Part shown: positions 9,311 through 20,293 of the stretch, piece by piece | Numbering within the stretch: position 1 is the stretch's first letter | Layout: each line of letters starts with the position of its first letter | Virus record (IMG/VR): IMGVR_UViG_2778261296_000006 | From: a virus | Lineage: Duplodnaviria > Heunggongvirae > Uroviricota > Caudoviricetes | Direction: 5' to 3' (one strand) | Length of the DNA stretch: 40,041 nucleotides | Translations under genes and position numbers: made by a program | The notes under the pieces: model-generated | The model's database searches: none | Told to the model about the DNA's origin: nothing | The model's input: only the letters and a program-made list of their open reading frames with translations

Positions 9311-9545
9311 TGGCCGCTCTCCATTTATCTACCCGGGCGTCGTTATCCTCGCGCATGTCGAGGTAGTCATTGAGAAGCGCGATGCGGCAAAGGTCTACCG
9401 CACCGCTGTTAAGGTCTTTCTGGTCAATATGGAAGGCAAGCGCCGGGCGAAGAATAAAATCTTCACCGCCCGGCAGGCTGTTGAAGGTTATTCCGCTAGC
9501 GGGGTGGGCGTCTCGCTGGTAGGGAGTCCTTGCAAAAAATTTCCC
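9300..9545 (-). other. programmed -1 ribosomal frameshift site and -1 frame extension of the tail assembly chaperone (gpGT-like)
   Basis: On the minus strand the chaperone reads ...CTG GGA AAT TTT TTG...: heptamer A AAT TTT (X XXY YYZ) at about 9536-9542. The -1 frame from that point is open for about 80 codons to a stop at 9302-9300, overlapping the tape measure start. Confidence 0.45.
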
Positions 9546-9913
9546 AGCGAGTCGGCGACCACCCGCGCCACCAGTTGCAGCATGGTAAGCAGGTCGATAT
9601 CGTCAAACGCCATTTCGCCATGCTGGCAGACCGGCACCCAGCCTTTCATGTGCTCGCGTGAAACAACGGAAAGACAGGGGAACAGGATAGCGTCCACGTC
9701 GCCATCACTCAGATCGGACACAGCATTGGCAATCTTTGGCAGGATGGTAGCCATCGCGCCTTCGGTGTCTTTGCTGCTGATCTTCTCCTGAACGCTCCGG
9801 AAGTCCGAAACCATCCCGGCCAGAACCGGCAACAGCTTGCGGGACACCTTCAGCTGTTCGAAAACGCTGAGCTTTGCGGTGCGATATTTCACGCCTTTAA
9901 TTTCGAATTCCAT
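9488..9913 (-). CDS. tail assembly chaperone (gpG-like, 0-frame product)
   Basis: 141-aa ORF between the tube and tape measure genes, with a canonical slippery heptamer near its 3' end (see next feature). Confidence 0.5.
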   Translation of the reverse strand: MEFEIKGVKYRTAKLSVFEQLKVSRKLLPVLAGMVSDFRSVQEKISSKDTEGAMATILPKIANAVSDLSDGDVDAILFPCLSVVSREHMKGWVPVCQHGEMAFDDIDLLTMLQLVARVVADSLGNFLQGLPTSETPTPLAE

Positions 9914-9916
9914 GCG

Positions 9917-10357
9917 TTAAAACTCCCCGAGAAGCTGGTCAATCTTGCCGCAGTCGAATACCCAGGCGACGGTTCCGCCCTCTTTAGCGTTATTGAAATC
10001 AGGCTGTTTCTGGAATGCACACGAACGCGCAGTAGAAATATCACCCGATGCCGTGTTGCGAATGACGATCACGTTATTGCCCCAGGTGGCAGAGGACTGG
10101 CTTTGCGCGTTATACGCCAGAGACAGCTTTTTATTCACCGGGGAGGTTTTGAGTAGCGTCACCGTAATGGTGCCTGACTTATCGGCGTGCAGGCTGTGCA
10201 TCACCTCGCCATCGGCACCGATGGTCATGGTGTTTTTGTTGCCGCCCATGGTCTGGGTGATACCTTCCTCAGAGTTCGCAGAACCCTGACCAAGATCGAT
10301 AACGCCGGTCGGCCCGGTGAGCGACGCGGTTACATCGAGAAAAGAATAAGTTGCCAT
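9917..10357 (-). CDS. tail tube protein (putative)
   Basis: 146-aa ORF between the sheath-like and chaperone genes, i.e. the canonical myovirus order. Confidence 0.5.
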   Translation of the reverse strand: MATYSFLDVTASLTGPTGVIDLGQGSANSEEGITQTMGGNKNTMTIGADGEVMHSLHADKSGTITVTLLKTSPVNKKLSLAYNAQSQSSATWGNNVIVIRNTASGDISTARSCAFQKQPDFNNAKEGGTVAWVFDCGKIDQLLGEF

Positions 10358-10367
10358 TTATCGCTCC

Positions 10368-11528
10368 TTAGCGAACCACGTTGATCTGCACATCGGCATA
10401 ATGAACTGCGCCAGCCAGCTTACAGGCCACCTGGATTAACGGTGCTTTGCGCGCTTCGCGGTCGGCCTGCGCCTGTTCGGACAGCGGTTGCGCATACACG
10501 TAATAGCCTTTGGTCAGCGTATCGCCGGAATTCAGCTGTCCGATAGGGCCACCATTCCACACGCCAGCAGCTACCAGACCGTTCGTGACGGACTGATCCA
10601 TGGACTGTTCAACGTTGGAAAGCAGACGGGTAACACCGGCATCAGTCTGCGGAATTTTGGTGGTGCTGGTGTAAAGCAGGTTATAGAGGTTGGTCTGAAC
10701 GTAGTTCTGCAACCAGTCGAGCCCGTGGCGCTCGTCGAAGAAGTCACCGTTCGCCATGACACCCTGTTGCAGGATCGCCGTGTCGTTGGCGTAGTACACG
10801 AACACGTTCGCATTCTTCGTATCCACCGCAGCCGCCTGGCCTACCGTCAACGTTTCGTAGGTTACGCTTGGTTCCTGTTTGAACTTCAGGGTAATGGTGG
10901 TATTGCTGCCGTTGAAATTGACAGTAAACGCACGACCGAAAGCAGAAACCGCTGCGTAAGGGCTGCTGGTGGAATACTGAATAAAGGTACGGGCATACTT
11001 GCCAGCCTTTAATTTCGACGCAACATCGGTCGTCGAAGTCGTGCTGATAATCTCGGCGTCGGCAGAGGTCACACCAAAGATACGGCTAAGGCTGGACGCT
11101 TCAATAAGTTTGGCGACCTCAATCACGTCATCAGCATCAAGCACATCGCCACCAGCGACAACATCATCAGCGACAACCAGCCCATACCAGTTGGTATATT
11201 GCAGGCAGGCATTAACGGCTTGCACGATAGTTTCAGTATCTCCACTCTCGGAAGAACTCAGCGTCTTCGCCCAGCGACCAACATAAACCTGTGTCGGCTT
11301 CGGTGACTGGCTGAAGAAAACCTGCGCTGCTTTATATTCCGGGCTGTCGACACCGAAGTCTTCGCCAATGTCCTCAATGGAAGCATATAGGCGAGTACGT
11401 TCTGTCACCGGAATGACAGTGGAAGAGCCAAGGATTAGCAATGCGCCGAAGTTACGACCAGTAGCCGCTTTCGGCGAGATGATCACATCAACGTTTACAA
11501 CGTTGGATACAGGTAAGCCCTGCGTCAT
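10368..11528 (-). CDS. tail sheath protein (putative)
   Basis: 386-aa ORF upstream of tube, chaperone and tape measure. Positional and size-based. Confidence 0.55.
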   Translation of the reverse strand: MTQGLPVSNVVNVDVIISPKAATGRNFGALLILGSSTVIPVTERTRLYASIEDIGEDFGVDSPEYKAAQVFFSQSPKPTQVYVGRWAKTLSSSESGDTETIVQAVNACLQYTNWYGLVVADDVVAGGDVLDADDVIEVAKLIEASSLSRIFGVTSADAEIISTTSTTDVASKLKAGKYARTFIQYSTSSPYAAVSAFGRAFTVNFNGSNTTITLKFKQEPSVTYETLTVGQAAAVDTKNANVFVYYANDTAILQQGVMANGDFFDERHGLDWLQNYVQTNLYNLLYTSTTKIPQTDAGVTRLLSNVEQSMDQSVTNGLVAAGVWNGGPIGQLNSGDTLTKGYYVYAQPLSEQAQADREARKAPLIQVACKLAGAVHYADVQINVVR

Positions 11529-11531
11529 AGT

Positions 11532-12095
11532 TTATTCTCCAAAAAAGGTGACTGGCACTTCCACCAGCGATTTGATGCCATACTCGCGGACAACCTTCCG
11601 GCGCAGTCGCACCGTCATGTCGTAACGGCGAACCCATTGCTGGTTGATAAGTTCGGGGAAAGGGGTCAGAGCGGTATAGTCGCCAAGGGATAAACCAAGC
11701 GCGTTCAGCTCAGCATTGTTTTGCGGGACAGATATACCATCGCGAAAACGGGACGCATAAGACATACCAGCCGGACCATAGAACGACGCCATGCACTCGA
11801 ACGTTTCATGCCTCCAGAGCTGAGCGCCCTCTTCAGTCTGCCCGGTGAATGCAGGGTTGTTATCAATGAGCAACCCGGTAACGCCAAACGCGCACCAGTT
11901 CGTTTCAACGGGTGGCAGTGGCGGCTGATTTTTCTGCCAGCGCGGACGAACCATTCCAGACGGCAAGCCGGAAACATTGCGCATCCACTGGCTTAGCAGC
12001 CTGTCGAGCGCTTCGTCATAAGCCGGATCGCCGCTGGTGGGTGTCAGCCAGCCGCGCTCTGTGCTGGTGTTATTGCTCAATGGGAGTTCCCCCAT
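11532..12095 (-). CDS. virion structural protein (tail completion/neck, hypothetical)
   Basis: ORF in the head-tail joining block. Start chosen at MGELPLS to limit overlap with the upstream gene. Confidence 0.3.
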   Translation of the reverse strand: MGELPLSNNTSTERGWLTPTSGDPAYDEALDRLLSQWMRNVSGLPSGMVRPRWQKNQPPLPPVETNWCAFGVTGLLIDNNPAFTGQTEEGAQLWRHETFECMASFYGPAGMSYASRFRDGISVPQNNAELNALGLSLGDYTALTPFPELINQQWVRRYDMTVRLRRKVVREYGIKSLVEVPVTFFGE

Positions 12096-12459
12096 CAAAC
12101 GGCAGTAATTCACAATGAGCCTGGACGAAGCCAGCACCGTAAGCCGTATACGGGTCGACGAATGTCACGCGATAATCACGGTTCTGATACGTCACGATAT
12201 CGGCATCACGGCCAGTCTGCCCCTGCGTCAGCCGCTCAGTTGTCACGATGAGAATCGCGCCGCTGATAACCTGCCCGGCCTGCATGCGGCGGTTTTCCAG
12301 GGAGCGGTCAACAGTAACAACCCCGGCAAACTGCGTTTTAACTTCGCTGTCGCTGCCGATCCCGTCATCGTCCACCGTTTGCGCGCGACGCGTTACCCAC
12401 AGGTTGAAGTCGCAAAAATCGGGGTCAAAAAGCACGTCTGTTACATCAAGAGTCGGCAT
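12070..12459 (-). CDS. head-tail joining protein (hypothetical)
   Basis: 129-aa ORF, tightly packed, same strand. Confidence 0.3.
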   Translation of the reverse strand: MPTLDVTDVLFDPDFCDFNLWVTRRAQTVDDDGIGSDSEVKTQFAGVVTVDRSLENRRMQAGQVISGAILIVTTERLTQGQTGRDADIVTYQNRDYRVTFVDPYTAYGAGFVQAHCELLPFDGGTPIEQ

Positions 12460-13000
12460 CTTTATCCCTCACAATATGGGTAATAGCTCTGCGATATTGC
12501 CCGGTGTCGATTAGCGGTTTCACCAGATCGGTTCCAGGAGACTCACCAGCAGCGCGCCGCGCAAGTTCCTCTTTTGCTTCTTTGCGCCCACGGCGTGCGC
12601 GTGCTTCAACGGTGCTATCAGCAAGCGGTGTAAAGCCGGTAATGGTCATGTAACGCCTGACGCCATTCGCGGCCAGCGTTCCGGCGCGGTTAAGCGCTCT
12701 TTCCGCACCCGCCGCATTTCCATCAAGCGCAGCCTGCGCCGCTGCTTTGAGCTGCGGCACCGTCTGTTCCTCTACGGATTTAACGCCGGGGATCAGGTGC
12801 GGGCGTGGGGGTATGTTTTGCGCTGGTGAGCCGTATTCGTTGACGTAACCGATCCCGGCATTACCAAACGGAACATCCTCACGCTCGCTGTCTTCTTCCG
12901 GGATGCCCACCAGCACATCCTTTTTGGTTAGCGACCGGAGCGCATCCAGAATGGCCTGAGCGTTATCAACCCTCGTTGTTACACCACTTTTGAAACTCAT
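12446..13000 (-). CDS. head-tail joining protein (hypothetical)
   Basis: 184-aa ORF with ATGA-type overlap to the upstream gene. Confidence 0.3.
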   Translation of the reverse strand: MSFKSGVTTRVDNAQAILDALRSLTKKDVLVGIPEEDSEREDVPFGNAGIGYVNEYGSPAQNIPPRPHLIPGVKSVEEQTVPQLKAAAQAALDGNAAGAERALNRAGTLAANGVRRYMTITGFTPLADSTVEARARRGRKEAKEELARRAAGESPGTDLVKPLIDTGQYRRAITHIVRDKDADS

Positions 13001-13416
13001 AGCTGGCGACCGCCCGCACCGAACATCGTGATCAGCTGATAAAATTCAGCGCCATATCGGGTGTTATTCCAGAAGCCTGCGTCAGGGTTTAGCGTCGCGC
13101 TGGTGTCATAGCTGACGCTTACCTTGTCAACGGACTTGGAGGACTGAACACCATTGGTTGAGCCACCCGGGCCGCCGACGAGCATTGCCCGGCTATCTGC
13201 CGCCCAGAGCGTCATGTAGTGAGCCACGAACAACTCGACAAAGTACGGAAACAACTCTTTGCCGGTGACGTTTTCGCTCAGCAGCACATCAGCCAGATTC
13301 AGACGAAACTGGATTTGTGCTTCGGGATATTTGGCAGGGTCAGCAAACTGTGGAAAGTCGCGCCGAAAATCACTTACTGTTGGCAGGCTTTGATTCTTTG
13401 GCATCTTTCGCCCCAT
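12997..13416 (-). CDS. virion protein (hypothetical)
   Basis: ORF in the structural block. Start uncertain: Met codons at 13416 and 13404, and the track ORF extends to 13503. Confidence 0.3.
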   Translation of the reverse strand: MGRKMPKNQSLPTVSDFRRDFPQFADPAKYPEAQIQFRLNLADVLLSENVTGKELFPYFVELFVAHYMTLWAADSRAMLVGGPGGSTNGVQSSKSVDKVSVSYDTSATLNPDAGFWNNTRYGAEFYQLITMFGAGGRQL

Positions 13417-13759
13417 TACCGCCAGTCTGGGCGGCAGCAATCTGCGCTTGCAGGCTGTCGTTCTGCTCTTGCAGCTTAAGCAGCGCTTCTCGCAGATCGG
13501 CAATCAACTGATCTTTATCGATAATCTGCTTATCTTTGTCGGCAATCTGAGCTTGCAGGCTGTCGATAATGGGTTGCAGATCATCGGTGTCGCTAATCAC
13601 GCTTTCGGAAAGCTCGGAGTGCGCCTGGGTGAACCAGTGCGACGCGACCTCTTCCGGTACGTTATGCCGTCCCCGGCCAAACTCCCTTTTTGACTGATCG
13701 CCGAGCGTCAGCGTAAACGGGGTGTGAACATGGATGGTAACCAGCTTTTCTTTCGCCAT
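13370..13759 (-). CDS. coiled-coil protein downstream of the major capsid gene (hypothetical)
   Basis: 129-aa ORF with repeated heptad-like DSLQAQIA motifs and a Lys-rich tail. Confidence 0.3.
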   Translation of the reverse strand: MAKEKLVTIHVHTPFTLTLGDQSKREFGRGRHNVPEEVASHWFTQAHSELSESVISDTDDLQPIIDSLQAQIADKDKQIIDKDQLIADLREALLKLQEQNDSLQAQIAAAQTGGNGAKDAKESKPANSK

Positions 13760-13800
13760 TTTCAGTTCCCTTCTGGCCCCTTTCGGGGCCGTTCTGGTTA

Positions 13801-14742
13801 TCAGATACCGTCCACGTAGGACAGGGTTTCTTTGTACACTGGCTCAACCGCACCGAGCTTGCCGTAGTAGGTCGCAATCTGATACAGACCGCGATACTGG
13901 ACAGGAACGCTCTGCAACGGCACCAGCGGATAGCGCACGTATTTCTTGTCGTTGGTGTAGGCGATCATACGGTCTTTACCGCCAACCCCACGCCCTTTCA
14001 GCCATTTGACCGCTTTGATTTCAAGCGGAACGCCGTTCTGGTGGAAAGCGATAGTGTTCACAGCCAGATAGGTCAGCAGTGACTGGTTACCCGCTTCGGA
14101 AACCTTACGGCTCGCCAGCAGTGAATACTGCTCTGGCGGAATGCGCAGATCAGAAGGCACGATGGAATAACCGGATGCTGCCCAGGCATTAGACAGAATG
14201 CTGTTCACGCTATCGAGGATCTCGTCGTTGGTTGAGTTCGCCCAGGTCTTCGGCGCGTTGTTCAGCGTCACACCGACGAGGTTTGCCAGACCTTTCAGGC
14301 CGAGTGCGTCATCACCGATGTAAACCTGCTCGTCGTTGTCCATCTGCCATTTGAGCTGCATCCCGTCGTACTTCTGGGTATCAATCGGGCGGCCTACCTG
14401 CTGAGCAGCTGCCAGCTCTACAACGGTCCAGCCCAGTTCCATACCCCAGAGGTTCAGTGGATTGCCGTCTTTGCTGATATCCACGTTCACGCCAGCAATA
14501 GCGGTGGAGTCTTTGCCTACCCAGTTTTTACCATTCGGATTTGCACCAGTACCCGCAGCGGCGAAGCTGGTATTCGTCCAGCTGGAAATGTCATCTGCGA
14601 TAGACACGTCTTCACGCAGTTGAATATCTCGGGTCCAGGTGTACCCCACCAGAGGCAGGTTCAGCGTCTGGTCGAGTCGCTCCAGCTCCCCGATGAGAAA
14701 GGCACCGGAGCTATCTACGGTTGCCTGATCAAAAGTAATCAT
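13801..14742 (-). CDS. major capsid protein (putative)
   Basis: 313-aa ORF downstream of the scaffold/protease-like and small head protein genes. Positional and size-based. Confidence 0.5.
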   Translation of the reverse strand: MITFDQATVDSSGAFLIGELERLDQTLNLPLVGYTWTRDIQLREDVSIADDISSWTNTSFAAAGTGANPNGKNWVGKDSTAIAGVNVDISKDGNPLNLWGMELGWTVVELAAAQQVGRPIDTQKYDGMQLKWQMDNDEQVYIGDDALGLKGLANLVGVTLNNAPKTWANSTNDEILDSVNSILSNAWAASGYSIVPSDLRIPPEQYSLLASRKVSEAGNQSLLTYLAVNTIAFHQNGVPLEIKAVKWLKGRGVGGKDRMIAYTNDKKYVRYPLVPLQSVPVQYRGLYQIATYYGKLGAVEPVYKETLSYVDGI

Positions 14743-14753
14743 TTGTCTGTTCC

Positions 14754-15257
14754 TTAAATCTTCCAGGAGATTTCTGCATTACCGTTAGCGTCACCGGCAC
14801 CAGTAAATTCAGCATTCGCGAGTACGACAGTTTTCCCTTCCACGCTTGAAGAGCAGAAACCACCCAGCGGCACTTTAATAGATTCATCAGTGGAGACAAC
14901 AACGTATACCGGGTCACCTTTTTTGATGGTGCTGGCATCAAAGTCAGAACCAAGGTTAACGGTCATGTAACCGCGCTTCATTGCATCGCCCGGGAAGTTC
15001 TTATCCGTCCCCACCTGGCGAACCATGTCCGGCTGTGATGTGGTCGGATACGGACGAACGTAGATCCCCTTCACTTTGTCGGAGGTGTCACCGTCCGCCA
15101 GCGGCACAAAAAAGCCGTCAGCGTCGTATTTGCCAGCCAGACCATAGGCAGCGAAGGCGTTAGCGGATTTAAGGATCACCGGCTCGACGGTTAAATCCTG
15201 CGGGCGAGAGATAGCCCCGGCAATGCCAACAGGCATCCGGTACAAATATGCAGTCAT
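14754..15257 (-). CDS. head protein (hypothetical)
   Basis: 167-aa ORF between the scaffold-like and major capsid genes. Confidence 0.35.
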   Translation of the reverse strand: MTAYLYRMPVGIAGAISRPQDLTVEPVILKSANAFAAYGLAGKYDADGFFVPLADGDTSDKVKGIYVRPYPTTSQPDMVRQVGTDKNFPGDAMKRGYMTVNLGSDFDASTIKKGDPVYVVVSTDESIKVPLGGFCSSSVEGKTVVLANAEFTGAGDANGNAEISWKI

Positions 15258-15261
15258 TGGA

Positions 15262-16494
15262 TTATCCTTTGCGGTTAGACCAGAAGTCGGCGTTTTGTTT
15301 GTTCAGGGAAGCGATGCTGGTCATGCCCATATTTGGACGTTGTGCATCGTCCGTGGTGCTGCGGGTGTTTCGCCCTTTGGCAATCTCAGACACGGCGTTA
15401 AACGCCATATCGACCGATTGCTTGGGCAATTTGCGGATATCTGCATCACCGACAACCTGGCGAACCAGTGTTTTGTCAGCGGCGGACAGCACATCACGTT
15501 TGAACGCGGTCGGTTTCACCTTACGGCTCAGATCGATACCCGGAACGATAACTTCGGCACGATAAGCAGCGTCACCGGTAATCGTGGTTTCCTCTTCGTC
15601 GTCCTCACCGTCGCCGGTAGGGTCTTTGTTATCTTTGCCGTCAGGCTTATCGTCGTTATCGCCCGTTGCAGTACCTTCCAGCTTAGCCAGCAGGGCTTTG
15701 AGCAAGGTTTTGATATCGTCCTCGCCGTCGCCGGTTGGCTCTCCGCCCATTTCCGGCTTTTTGTCCGGCAATGGTTGTTGCGGTGAAAGATTAATGTTGA
15801 GGTTAACGCCGCTCGGCAGATCCCCTTCATCGCCCGTTACCGCCGCTGGCGCAGAGTCCAGCAGTTCGTTCATGGTGTCAGCATCACCCGTTTTGATGGC
15901 CGTGCGCATGCGGGTCCACCAGCTTTTCTTTTGATTTGCCATTGTGTCTCTGTCTCCAATTGCACAACGATTTCCGGCTCTGCCTTTAGGGACAAGAGCC
16001 ACATGGTTTCCGGTAATATCGACCTGCTCGGCTTTTCCGGGTTCGGTCTGCTCGTACTCAGCGTCATAGCCGCACGACACTTCGCGCAGACCATCTTCGA
16101 TCAGCTGAATGGCGCTTTCGTCTTTGACGATAAGGTCAGCCAGCATCAAATCAGACTGATCACCAGTCCCGCGCCGAACGTTCTGAAGATGCCCGACCGC
16201 AAGCTCTTTCCAGTTCTCGGGGTTGACCAGCCGCACATTCCCGTTTTCATCTTCAGGATGCAGGATCGTGATGCTCATCCCTTCGAATGAGGCGAGCGTG
16301 GCCGGATGGAATACCTGATCAGGAGAGCGCGTTACGACTATCTCGCCGAGCTTGTCGGGTTTGAGGTTTGGCAGATCGGCAGCGCCGTAAAGCTGCTTAC
16401 CCGTTCGACCTATCGGCACGTCTTTGCACAGCAGCGAGCCGTCAGCCAGCTGATAACGGGTTTCCCCCAGCCGGGTATTGAAAAAATATTTCAT
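15262..16494 (-). CDS. putative prohead protease/scaffolding protein
   Basis: 410-aa ORF after the Mu F-like gene, with a highly acidic repetitive linker (PTGDGEDD twice) as often seen in scaffolds. Confidence 0.35.
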   Translation of the reverse strand: MKYFFNTRLGETRYQLADGSLLCKDVPIGRTGKQLYGAADLPNLKPDKLGEIVVTRSPDQVFHPATLASFEGMSITILHPEDENGNVRLVNPENWKELAVGHLQNVRRGTGDQSDLMLADLIVKDESAIQLIEDGLREVSCGYDAEYEQTEPGKAEQVDITGNHVALVPKGRAGNRCAIGDRDTMANQKKSWWTRMRTAIKTGDADTMNELLDSAPAAVTGDEGDLPSGVNLNINLSPQQPLPDKKPEMGGEPTGDGEDDIKTLLKALLAKLEGTATGDNDDKPDGKDNKDPTGDGEDDEEETTITGDAAYRAEVIVPGIDLSRKVKPTAFKRDVLSAADKTLVRQVVGDADIRKLPKQSVDMAFNAVSEIAKGRNTRSTTDDAQRPNMGMTSIASLNKQNADFWSNRKG

Positions 16495-16508
16495 GGTTTA
16501 CCTGCGAT

Positions 16509-17282
16509 TCAGGCGAGATAAGAATGAGGGTTGGGGAAGACGATTTCTTTGTAACAGCGGCAGTTCGGGAGCTCGCCAGCGTGACCGGTCATGCCGTCAA
16601 GCGTTGGAGGTCGGCCCCATTCGACAAACTTCCCTTCCATCTCTCGATGAGAATGCCGGACGTCGCCATCTTCGGCTGTACGCCAGATATAACCATTCGA
16701 GCCGATTGACAGCGCACGCGCCTGATCCAATGCACCGGTTGCGCGCCCAAGCTCAGTCCGGGAGATAAGGTTCGCTCGTGAGCGTGACACGTCACCGGAA
16801 GCAGCTATCTCTTTCGCGAATGGCTCAGCGCGGCCACCAGTTACTACAGCCTCGATGGCCTTGTTCTGAATGTCATACACCCGATCGGCGGCCTCAAGAG
16901 GCAGAGATTTGATGTACTTAATTTGCTCGGCGACGATGGATTTCATCACCTGGCCTACCGGGGCGCGGTCGACCATGTTGCGTAGTTCTGCGCTGATGTT
17001 CCGACTGTGCTGACGCCACTGCTTTTCATTCTGGCGCGCAATGTCGGCGGTGAAGCTCTCAGCAACCTTAGTCGCCCAGGGGGTGATGATTTCGCTGTAG
17101 CGCTCCAGCGCATCCATTATTTCGGTGACGCTATCGTTTGAACCATCGTAGCGACCATTTACGATATCCCCGACCGCCCGCGCTATCTGCCGTAGGCTCG
17201 TTCGATATCGGATCTCCGCCTGGCGGCTCTGGCGGTTTGTCGCCAAGTTCGCCGATGCCTGGCGGCGCTTCGTCTTCGGCAT
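16509..17282 (-). CDS. head morphogenesis protein (Mu F / SPP1 gp7 family)
   Basis: C-terminal region DVRHSHREMEGKFV...LPNCRCY resembles the Phage_Mu_F minor head protein signature. The track start overlaps the portal ORF by about 150 bp; the true start may be the internal Met near 17117. Confidence 0.6.
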   Translation of the reverse strand: MPKTKRRQASANLATNRQSRQAEIRYRTSLRQIARAVGDIVNGRYDGSNDSVTEIMDALERYSEIITPWATKVAESFTADIARQNEKQWRQHSRNISAELRNMVDRAPVGQVMKSIVAEQIKYIKSLPLEAADRVYDIQNKAIEAVVTGGRAEPFAKEIAASGDVSRSRANLISRTELGRATGALDQARALSIGSNGYIWRTAEDGDVRHSHREMEGKFVEWGRPPTLDGMTGHAGELPNCRCYKEIVFPNPHSYLA

Positions 17283-18600
17283 TCTCGATATCCTCGTCGG
17301 TAATGGATGCCCCGATGCCGGTGACGTCAGAGTTTTCGCGCAGGTCGGTCATCGCCGCCTTACGCGTCATCAATCCGTCGCCCAGCGCGGTACTGATCGC
17401 GTTGGTGGTGTTTACGGCTACCGTTGATCGGTCAACGTCTGACATTTGCCATAGCGGGTTAAACTCAAACGTGAAATCGTCCGGCAGCGGCTTTCCGAGT
17501 TCCGAGCGGTGCATAATGTCCAGTATCCGGCGCATCGGCAGTCGTAAGCGGCGCTCCTGCAATGAGCTCACCCGGTCGTAATAGTTGGCGAGGTCTGCAT
17601 CACCAGTAGAGAAGCCTTTCGGGGATTGACCGAACAGGCGTACCAGCGGGATACCAACGGCACCGCTGATCTGCTCAGCAAACTGCGAAAGAATGTCATC
17701 CAGACCACTAAAGCTGTACTGGTGGGTTTCGAACTTATCCCGCGAGTCCATGAGCGTCATACCTTCATTGCTCTGGAACTGGCGGATCAGGTCGATGTTC
17801 TTCAGCAACGCTTCGAACGCCGGGCCTCCAAGCGCGATAAGCTCGCGCAACTTCTCCACGCTATAGGTACGCAGATGCGCTTTATAGACCAGCTGCGCCG
17901 CGCCGACAGTAGCGCTATCGAACGCAGTAAGCCGATCCCAGATACGCTCTACAACCGACATTCCCCATTCGTTTTCGGTCATCTTCTGCTGGAATGGCAG
18001 CGTGACGCCATCAAAGCGGATCAGGCGGCTGTGATGGATGCGCCAGGCCGGAATGCCCGTTGCGGTGGTCACCACGTCGTAAAACTCAGGCTTGCCGAGG
18101 TCCGGCCCCATCTCTTTAATGCGGCGTGTCAGCACCGGGTTAATCATCCAGCGGTCGAGCGGGAGAATGCCCTTAAACTTGCCCTCACCAATGGTTTCGA
18201 GTCGCAGCGGGGTCATTGGTGCTTGCCCCTCGATCATGATGAAGCCGACCGCGCCGCCGTAGAGGCGCGACCATTTCAGCACGTCGTTCAGCGCATCCCA
18301 GATCTGCAACTCATCCAGTTGCGCTTCGAGGGTGCCACGGTCTTTGGCGTCAATCTCCGAAGTGATGCGAATGCCCTTTCGGGTCATATCGTCCGGGATA
18401 GCGTCGACCGCTTCACCGATAACCCACGAACCGCGATATGACCATTCCACCAGCATGCGGTTGCGGCTGGTGAAGTTCGCCCGGTAGGTCGATGCTGAAT
18501 GCTGGTTAGGCGTCTGCATCCCAACGCGGGCGACGAAGTTCTCGTAGCCGTCAGCGGTGGCCTGTGCCGTTCGCTGAGAGGATTGCTTGTTTCGTGCCAT
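17131..18600 (-). CDS. portal protein (putative)
   Basis: 489-aa ORF directly downstream of the large terminase and upstream of the Mu F-like gene. Confidence 0.5.
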   Translation of the reverse strand: MARNKQSSQRTAQATADGYENFVARVGMQTPNQHSASTYRANFTSRNRMLVEWSYRGSWVIGEAVDAIPDDMTRKGIRITSEIDAKDRGTLEAQLDELQIWDALNDVLKWSRLYGGAVGFIMIEGQAPMTPLRLETIGEGKFKGILPLDRWMINPVLTRRIKEMGPDLGKPEFYDVVTTATGIPAWRIHHSRLIRFDGVTLPFQQKMTENEWGMSVVERIWDRLTAFDSATVGAAQLVYKAHLRTYSVEKLRELIALGGPAFEALLKNIDLIRQFQSNEGMTLMDSRDKFETHQYSFSGLDDILSQFAEQISGAVGIPLVRLFGQSPKGFSTGDADLANYYDRVSSLQERRLRLPMRRILDIMHRSELGKPLPDDFTFEFNPLWQMSDVDRSTVAVNTTNAISTALGDGLMTRKAAMTDLRENSDVTGIGASITDEDIENAEDEAPPGIGELGDKPPEPPGGDPISNEPTADSAGGRGYRKWSLRWFKR

Positions 18601-20222
18601 CAGGCCTGTCTCCCTAGCAGCTCCCAGATGTTCAGGGCTGAATTCATTGGCGCGTAGCTGATCATCACCGAGTCGGCGAGGTTCGGCGACTTGGTGCCAT
18701 CAGGCTGTTTATCAACAACGATTTTCCCCACGCCATTAATGGAGTAGGTCGGCTGCGACAGCTCAATGATGAGTTTGTCTTTGCTCGCCATGGCGCTGCT
18801 GATTGAGATGATTTCGTCCGGGTTGTAGGCCATGCCCTCAACCACGGCGCGATAGGTGTTCTGGAAAAGCTTGCGTAGCCACCACCAGCTCTGGGCCTTG
18901 GCGTTGGCGAAGAAGTCCTTGTTCAGGCGTGCGGCCTGTCCGTTGTCCCCGCGCACCGCTTCATCGTCCGGATCAAATACCGCGCCGCTACCACGAAACG
19001 GTGTGGCGAGTATTGACGGTCGGCGCGCTGCGTAACGCAGTTCGTTGATGGCGCGCGCATCGCCGCGAACGCCAGCACCCAGGCCGTCCTCGTCGAAGCG
19101 AAACTCTTCGAGGTTGTCCTGTTCGCAAAAGCCGAAGACCTTCTCAACAGACTGGTAAATGTCGCTGCCAACGCCGGACCATTCACGCACGTTCTCCAGA
19201 AGGAAGCCGTGACGGGTCGAAAAGGCATTTTTGTCCCGGCCTTCGTCGGCGACGTCCATCGCGCCCAGTCGCTTGCCCGTTGGCTGAATACCAAGTTTGA
19301 TATGCGCGTCGACGGTAGCCTGTACCCAGTCGGACGGGATCAGGACGCCTTCCGCAGATGCGCTGTAGTTCAGGTCAAGTTCCTGCGCCACCACCACCGG
19401 ATTGTCGATTTTCTCGCACTCCCTGCGATACCACTCTTCATCCTTGCGCGGGTCATCTCGCCAGTGGAATGTGAATACTGGTATTTTTCCGCCGTGGCGC
19501 TTCTGCGCGAACGGGTTCGCCATGCCATTAACCGAGCTCAGGTCAATACGGCAACGGGTGGTTTGCGACAGCGCCGCATCAATCAACAGAGGACGCTGGA
19601 GGAATGCAGCTTCATCCACCAGGTAGAGCGTGGTACGGTCACCACGTCCGATATTGTCGCCAGCCTCGCCTTTGATAACCGCGCCAGTATCTGGAAACTC
19701 AACGCGCATATACGGCGCATGCTTCTTCTCGTCCCACGAACCACGAAACTCGATGGGCAGTGTTTCCACGAACTTTCGCGCCTTCCAGAACAGCGCCTTC
19801 GGGTCACCGGTGCTGTCGACGTATTCCTCTTTACGGGAGCCGAAACCGATAACCATTTCTTTGTTGAAGAGACAAAGCGAGCAGGCCAGCCCGATCGCGG
19901 TCCAACTGAGCCCCATTTCGCGGCTCTTTTCGGTGATGCCGTTCTCCAGTCGTTCGCGCCGCTCAATGATCCAGTGAATCCACTCTTCCTGTTTCGGGAA
20001 CAGCAGAAAAGGGATTGTGACCGGCAGGCCATAATCGATGTTACGCGGGTCAGTAGTCATACCCCAGTCGATGATGAACTGTGCCGGGTTGGTGCGGTAA
20101 AACTGCTTTAGTGCTGGCAGCATTTCAGGGTTCTGGCGAATGCGCTGTAAGCGCTCCATCCGCCATTCAAAAACCATCTGGTAATCAGGGTTTCTGAAAT
20201 CGAATTCAAACGGAAGAGGCAT
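18600..20222 (-). CDS. terminase large subunit
   Basis: Start taken at ATG 20222 (MPLPFEFDF...). Deviant Walker A-like [10 protein letters not shown] and Walker B-like LYLVDEAAF segments. Size and position fit TerL. Confidence 0.7.
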   Translation of the reverse strand: MPLPFEFDFRNPDYQMVFEWRMERLQRIRQNPEMLPALKQFYRTNPAQFIIDWGMTTDPRNIDYGLPVTIPFLLFPKQEEWIHWIIERRERLENGITEKSREMGLSWTAIGLACSLCLFNKEMVIGFGSRKEEYVDSTGDPKALFWKARKFVETLPIEFRGSWDEKKHAPYMRVEFPDTGAVIKGEAGDNIGRGDRTTLYLVDEAAFLQRPLLIDAALSQTTRCRIDLSSVNGMANPFAQKRHGGKIPVFTFHWRDDPRKDEEWYRRECEKIDNPVVVAQELDLNYSASAEGVLIPSDWVQATVDAHIKLGIQPTGKRLGAMDVADEGRDKNAFSTRHGFLLENVREWSGVGSDIYQSVEKVFGFCEQDNLEEFRFDEDGLGAGVRGDARAINELRYAARRPSILATPFRGSGAVFDPDDEAVRGDNGQAARLNKDFFANAKAQSWWWLRKLFQNTYRAVVEGMAYNPDEIISISSAMASKDKLIIELSQPTYSINGVGKIVVDKQPDGTKSPNLADSVMISYAPMNSALNIWELLGRQA

Positions 20223-20293
20223 AAACAATTCCAGGCATTGAGTTTTTGCGTAACAAAGTTGATATTGTTTATGTACCAATTACAGGAGGTTTT

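Noticed and set aside
14729-14953. 74-aa minus-strand ORF overlapping the 14754-15257 head gene
   Set aside because: Alternative frame nested within a better-supported gene, with no independent start signals.
19209-20111. 300-aa plus-strand ORF antisense to the large terminase gene
   Set aside because: Fully contained antisense within terL; the translation has no recognisable fold signature and no RBS.
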